64,000 nt of DNA from Diplonema japonicum (lineage: Eukaryota > Protista > Euglenozoa: Diplonemea), in NCBI GenBank assembly GCA_964019335.1, contig OZ025703.1, forward strand, positions 451,001 through 515,000, written 5' to 3'. The notes beneath the pieces were generated by a model. The model was given only the letters and a program-made list of their open reading frames with translations. It ran no database searches and had not been told where the DNA came from. Below are positions 10,802-24,862 of this stretch, piece after piece; positions within the stretch are counted from its first letter, which is position 1, and each line of letters begins with the position of its first letter. A program made the position numbers and the translations under genes.

Positions 10802-12859
10802 ATGAGTGTGCTATACCACTTAGCGAAGCACTGGAAGATACGATGGGGCTTCACAGATGCCATCTGGAGGCTGGAACTTACGATAATTCTTGCTGTGGTG
10901 CTGATGCTAGGGAGTTTGTTCATCCTGCTGTATACTAGCGTGGCTGGGTTCATGGGCGACATCCCTCCTGGGTTTGCTGTGGTTGCGGTATGCCTGCCGT
11001 GTTTCTGCCTTTTATACTCCCTCAACACAGTTGCTGTATTGCATTGGAATCCTTTTGGGCGTGTGGATCACGAAGCTGCAACGGAGGCTGCTACCCTTCG
11101 CGATGTCGGCGATAGCACCGCTGATGGTTCTGGTGATCCCCGCCTTTGCTTTCAGCAACTGCTCAATGGTATGTGACTACAAAAAGAAGAGGGAAACAAA
11201 AAGAAAAAAACAAAGATTGAGGACGGCCAGCCCTACGCATACATTTTCCTGCTGCTGCTGATGACGTGGGTGCAGGTGCTTATCAACGAGACGTGGCTGC
11301 GTGCTGCGGTTGTGATCTACACCTTCGTGGTGTCAATGTTGATGTTGCTGTTGGAGAAAACAAAGGATAACCGTATGTGCGCCGACATCATCGACTTAAG
11401 CTCGCCTATTGCCTACTTGCTGTTTGGCGTTTGCTACACTATGCTCATCTGCCTTGTCTCGTGGGTCGCACAGCGTATGTGGAGAATCGAAGGAACGCCC
11501 CCCTCACACGAGTCAGTGTACACCCCCACCAGGGTGGTGCTCGATGACAAGACAAAGCTCCTCGACGCGATCGACCTCCTGCGAGGAAGGGGCATCGATG
11601 ATGAAGTCGACGAGCTGGAGCGGCTTGCTCAGAATGCAACGAAGCTCGCGGGTGTGACTGTCATGCCTGGTGTCCCTTACGCGGACTCTCCTGTCGCGAA
11701 GCGGCACTCCGCCCGTTCGATCATGTCACACAGTGGCAACGCAGAGTGCGATCTGGTATGTCGCCGACTTGATTGAAACCACGCACAGTACTCTGTCATC
11801 GAATCCGAATGCCAGCCCCTGTCGACACGCGAGCAGCAATGCGGGCGTGAGAGCTACGGTCTCTACTCCTTCTGCACCTCCACAGGCGACTTGCTCGGCA
11901 AATCGTACGAGTCAATGGCCAAGTCCAACGGCCATATGGTTACTGCCTCGTCCCTCCCTCCTGAGACGCCCACCGCTTGGGAGCCGTCTCCCGAGGACTA
12001 CATCGGGATGCTCCCTGATGGCTTCGGGCAGGAGTACAACCCAAAGAACGAGTCGTACCTTGTCGTGAAACACTTTGAGACACTTTTGTCGGAACCAGAG
12101 GTGTGGGGGAGAAAAAGAAAAATCACAAAAAAAAAAAAAAAAAAAAAAAAGTTGGTGCAGCATCTGGGCAAAGGTGGTGTGTTGTTCTGCATGGCGTGCA
12201 AGCTGCGGAAGGACCTGACAGAGTCGGAGGTCAGGCTTATCGAGTGCTTCGTGAACATGTCGTCCTTCGAGGACGAGGTGAAGGAGGCAGGCACCATCCC
12301 CGTTGATATGCGTGCAGAGAGCGCTGTGGACTTCACCTTCTGGAGGAACACTGCTGCGTACTACCTACCGGGGATCAAGAAGGAGGACGTGAACGCGGCG
12401 GTCATCAGCTCGTACGCGTACCAGAAGGCGTGCCAGCCGTCGGGGACATATGTCTGGAATGATGTGCAGGGGGAGAACACCTTCAGGATAACCAAAAGCA
12501 TCATCCCGCTTGTGTTCAAGGTCACCATTCAGTTCAAGTGCAGCGACGTGCCTGAGGAGTTCCTCCCGCAGTTCTCAGGGCACATGTCGGGTCTGCAGGT
12601 GCACAAGGCGGTGCTCATGGAGAGGACCCGGAGAAAGAAGGGCGGCTTGGACGTGTGCAAAAAATGCAAATCACTCCTCCTCTACCACTTCCTTCCTGAC
12701 GGTGGTGCCATTGTGGTCAACCCCGTGGCACTTGTGAACACGTCGATTCCTTCCATCTTGGTCTCCATCATAGACAGAGTCGGCAGCTTGGGGGGCAAAG
12801 AGGTCGCAACTTGCGCGAAGCTTGCCCGACAGTACCTCAAAAAGGAGCAAGGGGTGTGA
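10802..12859 (+). CDS. Multi-pass membrane protein (~6 TM) with a C-terminal soluble, possibly START/helix-grip-like domain
   Basis: Four ORFs join in frame via introns 10988-11030, 11169-11215, 11756-11788 and probably 12101-12151/12160. Confidence 0.7.
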
Positions 12860-13910
12860 ACGAGCGCTTTTTTTTGTTCCTTTTTCTTCTTCTTTTTGAA
12901 GGGTTTGGTGCAATTTTTCACTCAATGCCACGATTTTTTTTTTTTCTAGTATAAATGACAATGGGGTAGGGGGGTGGGTGGGTCGCGACAACAACAAATT
13001 TCCGTCTTCTTTCCCAGCACTCTTTTTTTTTCTTTTTACAATAGTGAACACCCCCATGCACACTGAAATTGTATGAGTTTCTTTTTTTCTCTCTCTTCCT
13101 TTCATGGTTCCTGGCGCCTTGGTGTGCTAGCGCTGCTCCTTTATTTGGTTTTTATGATTATCTCGCGTGCTGCTGGAAACTAAGGGGGAAAGAAATGGGG
13201 AACAAAAGAAAGGGGGGGGCGGTCACCAACATGTGATCTTGTTCCACCCTTCGGTTTCTCTCTGCACACTGGAGAAAACTTTTTTATTCTATTATTTTTT
13301 ATATCCCTGTGTGACCCACACAAAGGTACCTATGGTTTTTATTTTTTAAAAGGAGGAGTAGGTGCTCTACCTTCCCATAACTAGCATACCGGTTACAACA
13401 GGTCCACCAGGCAGGATACCTAAAGAAAAACTCATATTTTTCTCTTCGAAAAAAAAAGAAAAAGAGAAAAAAAGAAAAAGAAAGTTACAAAATATTGGGG
13501 CCGCGGCATGGCTTCAGGTTGAGAAAGAAAAAAAAAAATGAAAAAAAAAAGAAAATGACTGTAGTGACAAAAAATAAATATCTGCGCTCACCCCCCCTGC
13601 TGCTGGTTTTTTCCCTTTTTTTTTTTTCGTTAGCTTTATACCTGACGAAAGAAGGGAAGGGAAAGAAAAAAAGAAGGGGGGGGGAAAAAGAATATGGTTC
13701 GCATCCAAAGAGCTTTATTATTTTATCTATTATTGTCAACCAAGAAAATGTTTCACTGGAATTAGATTCGTGGGGAATGAACATTTTTAGGAGTGCAATC
13801 TTTTTCGGGGGGGAAATGCTTCCCGCTGGCTCAAATCTTGGTTTACAGTACCTTTTTTTTTTTTTTTTTTGTGTTTCGGTCTATTTTTTTCCAAACAGAG
13901 GATGAATTTA

Positions 13911-13952
<42 letters not shown>

Positions 13953-14375
13953 GAAGTAAAGTAGAAAAGCCAAAAGGTTTGAGAAAGAAAAGTAAAGGGG
14001 GTCGGTGTGACACATGGGCACCCTTTTTTTTCCCTTTTCTTCTTCCTTCTTTTTTACTGGAACAACTCAACAAAACTTTGAAAAGAATTGTTATTGTAAA
14101 AAAAAAAAAGAAAAGAGTAGAGGCAGCCTGTCCGTTTATCCCTGTAAAACGGCTTGCACAAAAACAATCAGCCGACTCTTTTTTCTTTTCTTTTTTTTTT
14201 CTTCTTCTTATATATTTTATGTTATTTTCTTTTTGACTTTGCGTGTTTTTAATCGACCCCCGATTTATTCCCTACGTTCTTGGAAAAAAAAAAAAAAAAA
14301 AAAAAAAACAAAGAATTCAGACTGTGTTATTTCCTTTTCCACACCTTTTCACCCCCCAAGCAGGTGCGAGGAACT

Positions 14376-14921
14376 ATGTTCTGCCCCCCACAGCGTGCAG
14401 GGGCGGTTGCAAGCCTCCCACCGCAGACAAGGGAACACAACAAGAGTACGAAATATGTCCCGTGGCGTGCTGACATTCTAGACAGCTTGCTGGTCGGGGC
14501 TGAGTCTCCAGGACCTATCTACTTGCCAGAAGCAAGGAAAGGGAGTATGTGTGTCTTCCCCCATGCCAGGAGGAGCAACCCTGTAGACAACAGCAAGGTG
14601 TGCGGCCGGACCGCGACAGAGACGCCAGGCCCGGGTGCCCACAACGCAAACCTACATGAGACGCGCTTGCGAATCACTTTCGGGAAAAGGCTCATCAAGC
14701 CACTCCGACGTCTTGTACCAGGCCCTGCTTGCTACGACCCAACACTTTCTGTCAAGCACACGCACCTGACCCGTAAGGCATGTAGCATCCCCAAAGCCCC
14801 ACGCGGACCCCTCTTCCCCATCCCGAACCACACCCCTGGTCCCGCCTCAGCCACCATATCCGACATTGGCTTCTACGGCACCACCTTTAACGGCACCTTT
14901 TCAAAGGCAGAGCGATTTTAA
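14376..14921 (+). CDS. SHIPPO/ODF3-like PGP-repeat protein (likely flagellar)
   Basis: SPGPIY, TPGPGAH, VPGPACYD, TPGPAS repeats; C-terminal FSKAERF. Confidence 0.7.
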   Translation: MFCPPQRAGAVASLPPQTREHNKSTKYVPWRADILDSLLVGAESPGPIYLPEARKGSMCVFPHARRSNPVDNSKVCGRTATETPGPGAHNANLHETRLRITFGKRLIKPLRRLVPGPACYDPTLSVKHTHLTRKACSIPKAPRGPLFPIPNHTPGPASATISDIGFYGTTFNGTFSKAERF

Positions 14922-15029
14922 CCCGATGGCTGCTTCCGCAGTTTTGCGCAAAGATTTTATTCTTTTACCCCCCCCCCCCCCCCCCCGTTTTGTTGTCCCA
15001 CGCCTTGCAGGTTGTACACATGCCGCACC

Positions 15030-18000
15030 ATGCGGGCGCCTAACGGGTACTACGGCTTCAAGCACAAGCAGACCGCAGTCGAGATCATCTACAGCAGCAA
15101 CGAGCTCCCGCTTCTATGGGGCAGCAGCTCGAAAATAGGTGGCCGGTGGAAGAGCGACATGGCCAGGAAGACGGGGACGGCGTCGCCGGACGGGACAGCT
15201 CGGGACGAGGAGGTTGGCGCTGCTGTCGCCTGCACCCACGAAGGGAACTGCGATGTGTCAGACTTCGGAAAGGTACTGATGTACAAGAGAGCCGCAAAGG
15301 CGCAGGGGCTTGAGCAGCGAATGGAGCCCCTGCCTGTTAAAACCAGCACCCAGCCTAGCCAGGCAGCTCCCCCGAAAAGCAAACGATGGAAGGCACGTGT
15401 CCAACAGAACGAGAATCCCGAGGTCCCCAGGCTGCCTGTGCGGAGCAAACCTGCCAAGCAGCTTGAAGCTGCGCACGTAGGTGAAATGCTACAGGCCCGT
15501 ACTCTTGGTGAGGGGCAGCAGGTACAGCCCCCTTGCCGCACTTCTCTTCCGCCGTTGAAGCTTCCCCGCGAGGTGTGCGATGTGCTGACCCGTTCGGACC
15601 CCCTGTCGAAGGTGAAGACACCTGAAGTAGGAAAGATAGTGCCGCCTGACGAACAAGTTGACAGAAGCAAGTCACCGCCCATCCCCTTGCGGGACTCTCG
15701 CATCTCTTTGCAGACTCTGAAGGACGGCCCAGATGAGATCAGGAAGATCAAATGCATCTTAGACGAGATACGCGAAAACGTGGACGTAAGGTACTTCATG
15801 GACGAAGACGACGACAGTGGCAGGAGGGTGAGGGAACGTGGGGGTGGGGGTGGGGGTGACAAGTACCCGACAAAAGCACGGCCGGTTTTGAAGGAGCTGG
15901 GAACGAGGGCTGACTCCTGGTCTGAGCCTGAACGACACATACCTACCGACAATCCTGCACCTTCGGTGCCGAGGAAGAATAGCGCAAGGAAGCTTGTTGA
16001 TAAGACGGCACCAGCAGCAGCTCCAGTGCAGGCATCCACTTCGGCCACCATCAGCATCTCTACCATTGCGCCACACCAAGCTGTGATACACGCTCCGGAA
16101 GGCACCAGGGTGCCTACGAATTTCCTTCCTTTCTACAGGGAAGAGATAACAACGAACGGTATCAGACGCATCCTCTACGAGGTGAAGGTGCAATGCGGTG
16201 ACGGTAGCACCACGACGCAGCAGAATCGCTCCTTCACCGAGGGTGTCACGTGGGGCAGCCTGCATTCCTTTGAGGCCAGCAAGCACAGGCAGATTTCGCC
16301 GATCGGAAAGTACCATTCAGCGAAACTCATCTGCAAAGAAACGCTGAACTCTGATGAGCAGACTACAGAGAAGATGACACTGGGATATGAACGCAAATTT
16401 GTAGGGTTTGCAAACGGGGAGCATGTGCACAGGGAGGCATTGCATGTGGAAGATGGACAACCTACTTCACACCATGAAAAAGCGAAAGAAGAAAACGAAA
16501 CTGATAAGAAAGAAGGCTGCGAAATCGTGGCGTTGCAGGTTGAAGCACGAAAAAGCGAAGAGGAAGAAGAAAAAGAAAAGGAAAAGCAGGAAACAATATC
16601 ATCACACGAGAAAGGTGAGGAGGTGAAGAAAGAAACGGAACCCGTCAAACAAGAAGGAACAGAGTTGTTGGACAGCAATCAGGAGGGAAGCTGTAAACAA
16701 CGGGAAGAAGAGCGAAGCGAGGAGTGGGGACAACAAACGGAAGCTCAGCCGGTAGAACCGGTAGGATGGGAACAGCACAACAGCAAACTAAAAGTAGAAA
16801 CAACAAGACCAAAAATAGAAGTGAAGGTACCAGTAGGTGTGGCAGCTGAAAATAGTGAACCAGAAGACCCCCCGGCTCCATGGCAAGAAGAACGGAGAAG
16901 CACCCGTGTTTCTCTGCACGGCATCAGCGAAGATAACAACGAAAGCAACAAACTTGCTAACAGCCAGACTGACACTTACTCAGGAGAGAGATGCAAGAGG
17001 CCTGGTGGTACGCAAAGCATCGCAAGCAGCAAGAGTGACTGGGATCTTGGCGTCGACTCCCCCAGCATGCCTATCCCTATGTATAACTTCAAGAAGATAT
17101 CGATTGACGTTAGCATCGCAAGTAGCTCGAATGAAGGATGGTCGATAAAGGACAAGGCCAGCCTTCTGGAAGTCAGCGTGAGCGACTACATCGGGGAAAT
17201 AGACGCGCGGTCTGTGGACAGCGATGGGTGCACAGAGCTGTCGAGGGCTGAGAGTGAGCCTAATGATGACATCTTCAACTTGCCGCTGCTGTCGCCCACA
17301 TCGAAACCGAAGGACATACCAATGTCAACGAGGTCAGCGGATGCTTACCTTGACAAAGCCAGGAAGGTGAGAAAGTCCCGATTCCAGTCTCGCCTCTCGT
17401 TGTCGATGACTTCGACAGTTACCAAAAGCATGCAGAAGTTACGACGGAAGAACAAACGACAGCAGTCTTTCCACACCAGCGAGACAGAGGCCTGCGTGAC
17501 GGGCATCGAGGTGAAGTACCGCGAGGCGCTGGGCGACTTCAGCCTTGACACCTTTGGAGACATCGACCCCATACGGCGATTCAGCTTGCTGGATATCCTG
17601 ACGAAGGCGTATAACCCGTTCAAAATCAAAGCCTTTATCAACTGCCAGCAGGCTGAGGTCGGGAAGCACGATTTGGTACAACAACCTAAGCAGACACGTC
17701 GCAAGTCCATCATGCCTAACGTTGGGCTGAAGAAGAAGCGAAGCGTGTTTGAACCAGCCCTGGACGTGTCACAGAGGAAGAAAAGTGTGTTAGACCTGAA
17801 CCAGGAAGCCACACCATACACGGCGCTGCTGATCGGTGTTGAGCACTACGCTGATAAGAGGGTAGATCCCTGCAGACACGCAACATGTGATGTGTTTGTT
17901 TTGGCCTCACTTCTCAGGAGCCTGGGGTACAACGTCACGGGGATGTACTGCGGTGCACAGGAGCCGTTGCAGCCGACAAAGGAAAACATTGCAGAAAGGA

Positions 18001-19758
18001 TTGCAGCTGAGAAGGAAAATGCAAAAGCAAGCGGGGGACAGCTGCTAATATATTTCACAGGGCGCACCGTGGATCTTGATGAGGGCACAGTGCTGCTTCC
18101 TATGGAGCTGAAGCTGCGTCCCGGCGGCGAGCTGAGCCCCGAATCAGGGGTCATGATGCAAGATTTGAAAGTAACCAAGGACAAATTGGCTAGCCCGCGC
18201 AAACAGGAGGACACAGTAAGAGACACAATCGTGATTATCGATTCATACAGCATGGGGGGCGTGAAGAACGCACTGAGCCAGTACCCCAACGGATTCGGGA
18301 GCATCACCAGTACTTCAGGCTGCGGACACTTCTCAGTATCATACGGTCCGGTCCACTGTGGCGGGGTGCTGTCCTACTACATAACAAAGGGCCTGGAGGG
18401 AGCCGCGGCCCGTGATGGCAAGATCACGAACAACACACTAAACCTGTACGTCAAGTCAAAGCTGCTGAACAACAAGTTCAAAGATAGCCAAATACGTACA
18501 ACTTCCGATAACCTGCAGATAGGGGATCTGGACCTTTCTCCCGTGCGAATAGCAAAGACAAAAAAGGAGTTGCAACTCGAGAAAATCGAGGCAAGGCTTT
18601 TGCTGAACAGGTACATCATGACAGGCAGCATTGACATCATCATGGACTTAGTGCAGCTCGGGAGGGAGCTGAACGAAAGGATGAAGACCTTGCTGCTGAC
18701 GAATAATAAGACGAAGAAGGGTGCGAAGATCTTTGCGTCGTCGATAGAAACAGTGAAGGTGTCGCAAGAAGTCGTACGCTTGGTGCAGAACATGCTGCAC
18801 GTGCGGCCCTTCACCATCGTGTCCTTGCTGTTTTCGCAAGAGTTGTTCGTGACTTTCGAGACAGAGGAGCTGAACAGCGGGCACATGGACATCAACATCT
18901 TGAAGCAGTGGGAGACCGACATCGAAAGCTGGGCTGCGAAGAGGGTCACCTACAAGATCGTCACAACAACAAACACGTTGTACATCAAGGTGAAGGGCAA
19001 GGCTGTGTACGAGGACATGGTACAGCGGTTCCGCAACGGAGAGGTAACACACCTCTGTGGGTACCCGATACAAAATGTACGCCAGGGCGTAGTGGTGTCT
19101 ATCCTGGGCTCTGTCAAAACATGGTGCAGGCTCGACAAGGCATCACGGATCGGTACCTTGGACGATCTCATACATATTACAAAGATCAGCAGCTGGGAGG
19201 GATTGAAGAGGAAACACGAAGCAGCAACACTCATCCAAAAAATGTGGAAGGGACAAAAAGTGCGTGCGCTATTCCGCATCACGAAGTACATTGTGCAAAC
19301 AGAAGAGGCGGAGAGGGAACAAACAGATCTCTACATTGTCCAGGAGCTGACAAATCTGTGGGAAACAGCACGGGAGGAACAGAGAAATATTGTCAAAGAA
19401 TCGGAGGCTGTGTACCGTTCTGAAATAGAGGAATGGGAGGGAGAAGATAGAGAGTCCATCTATCAAAAAGGGTTGAGGGGCACCCAGATACACGAGGCCA
19501 TCAAGAGAAGTGCTATTATAGAAAACAACAAGCTCGCATGGCTAAGCATCACTGCGGAGGCGGGGTTTTCAACACTTGAGATTCAAACTGTGAGCGATAT
19601 CTCCTACATGATAAGGTATGCTTGCTACTTGTCACAATACTCACAATGCTCGCAGGCAAGAGAAGCTCACGTTTAAGTATTTAACAAAGCGTGCCGCCAT
19701 CATCGATGAGGAGCGCCGCGCATGGCTGAAGATTAGCAACAGCTGGGGTGTAGTGTGA
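15030..19758 (+). CDS. Large protein with a catalytically inactive caspase-like (peptidase C14) domain and an IQ motif
   Basis: ALLIGVEHY..., PTKENI, LIYFTGR, IIDSY, GVLSYYITKGLEG..DGKIT; IQ motif AATLIQKMWKGQKVR; 40-nt intron 19616-19655. Confidence 0.75.
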
Positions 19759-20012
19759 TGTCGTTTCAACTCAATGCTGACCCTTACCAGGGCCACAAAG
19801 TCTTTCAGTTGCATGTTTTCCCCCCCCTCGGTTTGAGCGTGACCGCACCCATGCAGCGCTGTGGTGGAGAGAGACCGCCTTCTGTCTGTGTCTGTTGCTT
19901 ACTGTCGTCTCTCCTGTCGTTCTGTGATGCTCCCCTTTTCAAAAAACTAAAAGAAGAAGAAAAGAAAACACCCCAATAGGTGGGATCCGCAAAAAAGGGA
20001 GAGAAATAAAAA

Positions 20013-23000
20013 ATGTCTGATTATGTAAAAGCAAAAAATTTCAAAGCCGCACACAAGCATGCGGTTTCCGAGAATCTTGCAGGTGGCGTCTTGCAGGTGG
20101 AAGGTATGCTCACCCCCCCCCCCCCCCCCCCCACCACGGGGTATTATATGGTGGGTTAGCCAGCCTACATATTTAGAAATTCATATCTAGTCAATAACAT
20201 CGTAAAGATTGAATAATATATCTAAGATGTTAAGCAGCACAGCCAGATGCGCTGTGATATCTTGTTTTTATCCAGTGCGAATTTCTAGTTGACTTCGCTA
20301 AGCAAAGCGAGCCCCATCCTTGGTACTTCTGTGGACCATATCAGAAAACCCTTTCCCCGACTGGTCCGGTACCGTTCTCTGAGATTCTCCGCCTCTCTTG
20401 CGGTGAAGCTGCGGAATATTCCGCCAAAGTTACTGGACACCTTGCACAAAAGCATCCCTGTAGACAGGGTTCTGAACCGGGTAAGACCTTCCGTCTTTTT
20501 TGTTTACAGCAACAGCCACACGTACGTCCGATTTCCTCCTGCACCTAATGAGGGCTACATACAGCCCCGTGCGCAAAGCACTGATGGTGCGAGACCCATT
20601 CCACCTCGTCCATTGGAATTTGTTTATAGTCGCTGCGAATGCAAGCACCATTTAATTCCAACCTTGTTTTCGTCAGGGTTGTTTTTTTTGGGGGGAGAAA
20701 AAAAAGAAAAGAAAAAAAAACAGTGTTGGAGTGTTCAGGGCTTGTTGCGGGGGACTCGATAGGTACTTCCGACCCTTTTGTGAAGCTCATCTTCTCGTCA
20801 CTGTCCAACCAGCAGCAAGCAACCACAGAAGTAGTGAACCGGACGTGCAACCCTGTGTTCAGGTCGCACAACAAGTTTGAGTTCAACGTGGTGAATGAGG
20901 TAGACAAGCTGCGCATCGAAGTTTTCGACAGGGATCTGTACCCCCTTCCGCATAAAGAGCTGATGGCGGTCTGCGAAACGGAACTCGGTGCGAGCACCAA
21001 GGCCGGCTCTGACGGTACGCTCTCCTTGTACTTCCGCCACCCAAAAGGAACCGGTGCCGAATTGGACGGCTACACACCTGACAAACACGGGGTGGTGAAG
21101 CTGCGATTCTTCTACAGCTACAGCGCAACTGCCAACACACATGCAGCAGAAGACATCACTGTAGAGCAGGAAGAGCTTGAATGGGCGAAGCTCATAGACG
21201 TCTGCGGCCGATTTAGCGCGCACCTAGGGTACATGTGCAACCCACTCTGGTACTGGCTTGAAACTTGCATGTGGGTGAGGCCTTTTGAATCAGCCTTCTG
21301 GTGCCTCCTCATCTTCTGCTCCGTGTTCCTCTTCAATAACCTGCTCTCAGCGTGGTTCCCGGGTTTAATGTTAGTCGGCTTTTTGAAGAATTATGCGCAG
21401 AGCGTGAAGGCCGCTGGGAGACCGGTGGTCGAAGAAGAAGTTGTACCATTTGACTGGAGGGAGTGCGCTAGAACCACACAAGTGTCATTAGCATACTACT
21501 GCGAAATGCTTGACTGGTGGCATGCGTATGCAGCTGTCTTTACTACTCATCAATCCACAATAGGGTGTACGCATGGGAGAGGCCTGATACCGCAATGGCC
21601 CTCACAAAGCTTTTCGCTGTATGGACTATTGCCATCTTGCTGCTGCCGTTCCCACCCCTGCGATACTGGTTCTTCCTCTTCAGTATGTTCTAAATCACCA
21701 TCTCCACTTTTACTTTATTTTTTCTAGTGTGCTACATGTACATCTTGTACCCCATGCACACGAACTCACCCCGCCTTATGGGCGTCCACATGGAGGCAGT
21801 GTCACGATGGATGAATGCTTTCAGCTTACGGAACTTCGAGCTCTTCGTCTTGGTATGTCGTTGCTTTTTGTTGGTAACCAGCACACAGCCGCATCTTCCT
21901 GAGAAGATGCAGCAATACGTCCCGAAGAGTAAGGAAAGGCAGATGGAAGCCTGGTTGGAGTCCGAGCTGCCGCCTGTGCCCACGCTGACGATGCAGTACG
22001 ACCAGTGGAAGAGTATGGCACACATCCACGAAAACCCATATCGCAGAATACAACAACGAACGCGAGAAGCTCAAGTGCCTCATGGAACTCAAGAAAGACA
22101 AGTTCCTTAATGAAAACGGCAAACCTGCAGTCCCCGCCTCCAAGGGGCGCCTGGAGGTCACTGTGGTGTCGTCCTCAGGGTTTGCCACAGACGATTCTGG
22201 TAGCTGCGATCCTTACGTGCAGCTGGCGCTGGGGCTGCAGACGTTCACCACGAGGACCAAAAGCAACACCGTGTCTCCCGTTTGGAATGAAACGTTTGAG
22301 TTCTTGGAAGTGGGTCACCAGTCTGGCGTGCTCTCCATTGCAGTGTGGGACAAGAACTCCTTCTCATTAAACGTATCATTAGGGAACTGCCAGTTGAAAC
22401 TCTCACAAGTTGTAAGGAACGCCTCCCAGCTGTTCGAGCTGCCTCTGATCGGAGAGAAAGCAGGGCCCGATGCTGTTGTAGCCTTGATGGTGAGGGGCAC
22501 GGGTCCCTCTTGGCCGAACGCACGGCAGCAGCATCTCCTCCACGTTGTTGCAGAAGCCGAAGAAGAGAGGAGGAGGGAGGCCATGAAGCGTGCACCTGAC
22601 ACAAGAGTAGGAACTTTGGAAGTAGTCCTGATGTATGGAGCAGGCCTCAAGGTGTGCGACATGAAGACGTCGGACCCGTACTGCCAGCTGGGTCTTACTA
22701 ACCACCCAACCAACGCGAAACCCATGAAGTCCACGACAAAGCCGTCTACACTGAAGCCTGTGTGGAACGAGACATTCACTTTCACCAGCGCAGCATGCAA
22801 GATGAGCTTGAACATCGTGGTGCGCGACAAGGACAAGTTTGGGAAAGACGACGACATGGGCATGTGCAGCGTGAAGCTGAACGACCTCTTCGACGGGGAG
22901 GCTGTCGAGAAGGAGGTCCCCGTCATTCTGGGAGGCAAGCAGTTCGGCGTCATCGCGGTGAACCTCAAAGCCCACAACTTTGGCAGGATCCTCCCTGAGA

Positions 23001-23665
23001 CGAGTCTCGCTTCTTTAGCCTCCGCAACGCCTGCAAGCGAGACGCCTGCCGAGATGCCGCAAACGGCGGCCCAAACCCCTACCAAGGCAAAGACCTTGCC
23101 GTTGCCGCGCGAGACGTCTCCGTCTGTGTCACCACCTGCTGTGTCGCCCCCGAGGAGTGAGATCCCACGTTCTCCTCCTGCCCGCTCTCCCGTTCATTCT
23201 CCAGCTCGTGTTCCGGTTTCCGATCCGCCGACACCGCAAAGAAGAACGTCTCTGGACAAGCCGCCCAAGGGCACTCTCAACAGCGGCGGGGTAGGCAAGC
23301 TCGGCGTCACAGTGCTGTCTGCCAGGAACTTGCCTACATCCAGTCAATCGTGCCTCGTGAAGGTCTTGCTCACCGAACCCAGCTTCGGTACCAAGAAGTT
23401 CAAGACGCGGCCTGTAAACGCAGGCACCACGAACCCTGTGTGGAATGTGATGTTCACATTCGACGCTCTCCCGAAGGGCGTTTTGGCGAAATGCCGGCTG
23501 CAGGTGGAGGTGTGGGACCCTATCAAATCTCTGGTGCTGGCTGCGGGGGTGACCGAGCTTCACGCGATGCAAGACGCAAGCAGCTCGGAGTCCTGGGTTG
23601 AGGTGTTCCACGAGGGAAACCCAGCAGGGGAGGTGAAGCTTGTCTTAGCGCCGCAAGGCATTTAG
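20013..23665 (+). CDS. Multiple-C2-domain transmembrane protein (MCTP-like, 4 C2 domains)
   Basis: C2 motifs SDPFVKL/CDPYVQL/SDPYCQL and PVWNETF; hydrophobic middle region. Introns 20104-20723, 21526-21563, 21683-21727, 21853-21888 and 22013-22046 restore one frame. Confidence 0.85.
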
Positions 23666-23770
23666 CCGTCTAACCATGGCCGCTAGACGTAGAATAGAAT
23701 AATACCGTTGTTTGTTATAACTTGGGGGAAAAAAAGAAATATTTGAAATCACCACAAGGAGGGGGGCACA

Positions 23771-24528
23771 ATGATCGAGACAATGTGGAGCCAGCCGCCG
23801 CCCCTCTTAATGGGGTGGGTCACGCAGCTGGGGTTTTTGGTGTGCATGGTTTTCTTTTCTATCTCTCTCGCGTCGGGGTTGTACTATGCTGCAGAGCTTG
23901 CAGAGGAGAACACAGTGATGGCGAAGAAGGTTCTAAAGTACTGGGGATGGGGGGTGATGGTGGTGCTGTCGCTGCTGTGGCTGGTGGATGGGATACCGTT
24001 CTGGAAGTGCGCGTGTGGGTTGCTGGCGAATATTTCCTATGGGACTCTGTTGTTCGAGTACCCATTTGCAAGGTTCATCTCCGCCCCTGTGATCCTCAGC
24101 ATCGGTATGCTTCAGTTTTCATATCACTGTTGCCAGCTCTCTTTTTCATCGACACCTGCCAGTGGTACCTGTACTTCATCGATGACTTTACCCCAGGCTA
24201 CTCTGTCTCTATGGTATATGCTGTTTTCTTTGTTTTTCTATGTATCCAACCCACTTCCACAGATCATAGGGTTCTTCGGGACTATGGTGTGGCCCGTGCC
24301 CTTTGGCTTCTTCGTTACCCTTTCTCTCAGTGACCAGAGCCTCCCTGGGTTGGGCAGTTTGCACAACAGGGGTGATCATGAAGTAGCAAAAAAGCGAAGG
24401 TATTTCGGGGGGGGATGAAAAAAAAAAAAAGAACAAATTGAAATAATTACACCGACAGGGGTATATTGGGGATACTGGACTTCTTCTTCAAACGAGGCAC
24501 TCCGACTTCTGAGCTAAAAGGATACTGA
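23771..24528 (+). CDS. TEX261: TEX261/Svp26 (Erv26) family ER-Golgi cargo adaptor
   Basis: SLASGLYYAAELAEENTVMAKKVL and VWPVPFGFFVTLS signatures; introns 24105-24136, 24214-24262, 24400-24458. Confidence 0.8.
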
Positions 24529-24862
24529 CCAGTGCAAAAAAAGAGAAGTTCTTAAAACGTTAAAACATCTACAGAGAGAGAAAAAATAGTAACAACTAAG
24601 AAACCACACTTGCTACACGCCCAAACCTCGTGTATCGGTGAAAGGGGAGAAAAAGGAGAGAAAACCCGCAATGAAAAAAAAAGAACAAGGAAACCCCCCC
24701 CTTCCGCCTGGAAGATTTTCCTTTTTGAAAAATTATCGCTTTAGGTCTTTTTTTTTTTTAAAAAGAATTGTACGCTTTCTTTTTTGTTCTTTTGTTGTCT
24801 TCAAGGTGTTTCTCCAATACACTGTTCCAAGGCAGGGACTCGTAGCATGCTGTAGTGGAAAG

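Noticed and set aside
12860-14375. Poly-K and poly-F ORFs in intergenic DNA (also 60.5-63.5 kb)
   Set aside because: They are translations of A/T homopolymer tracts.
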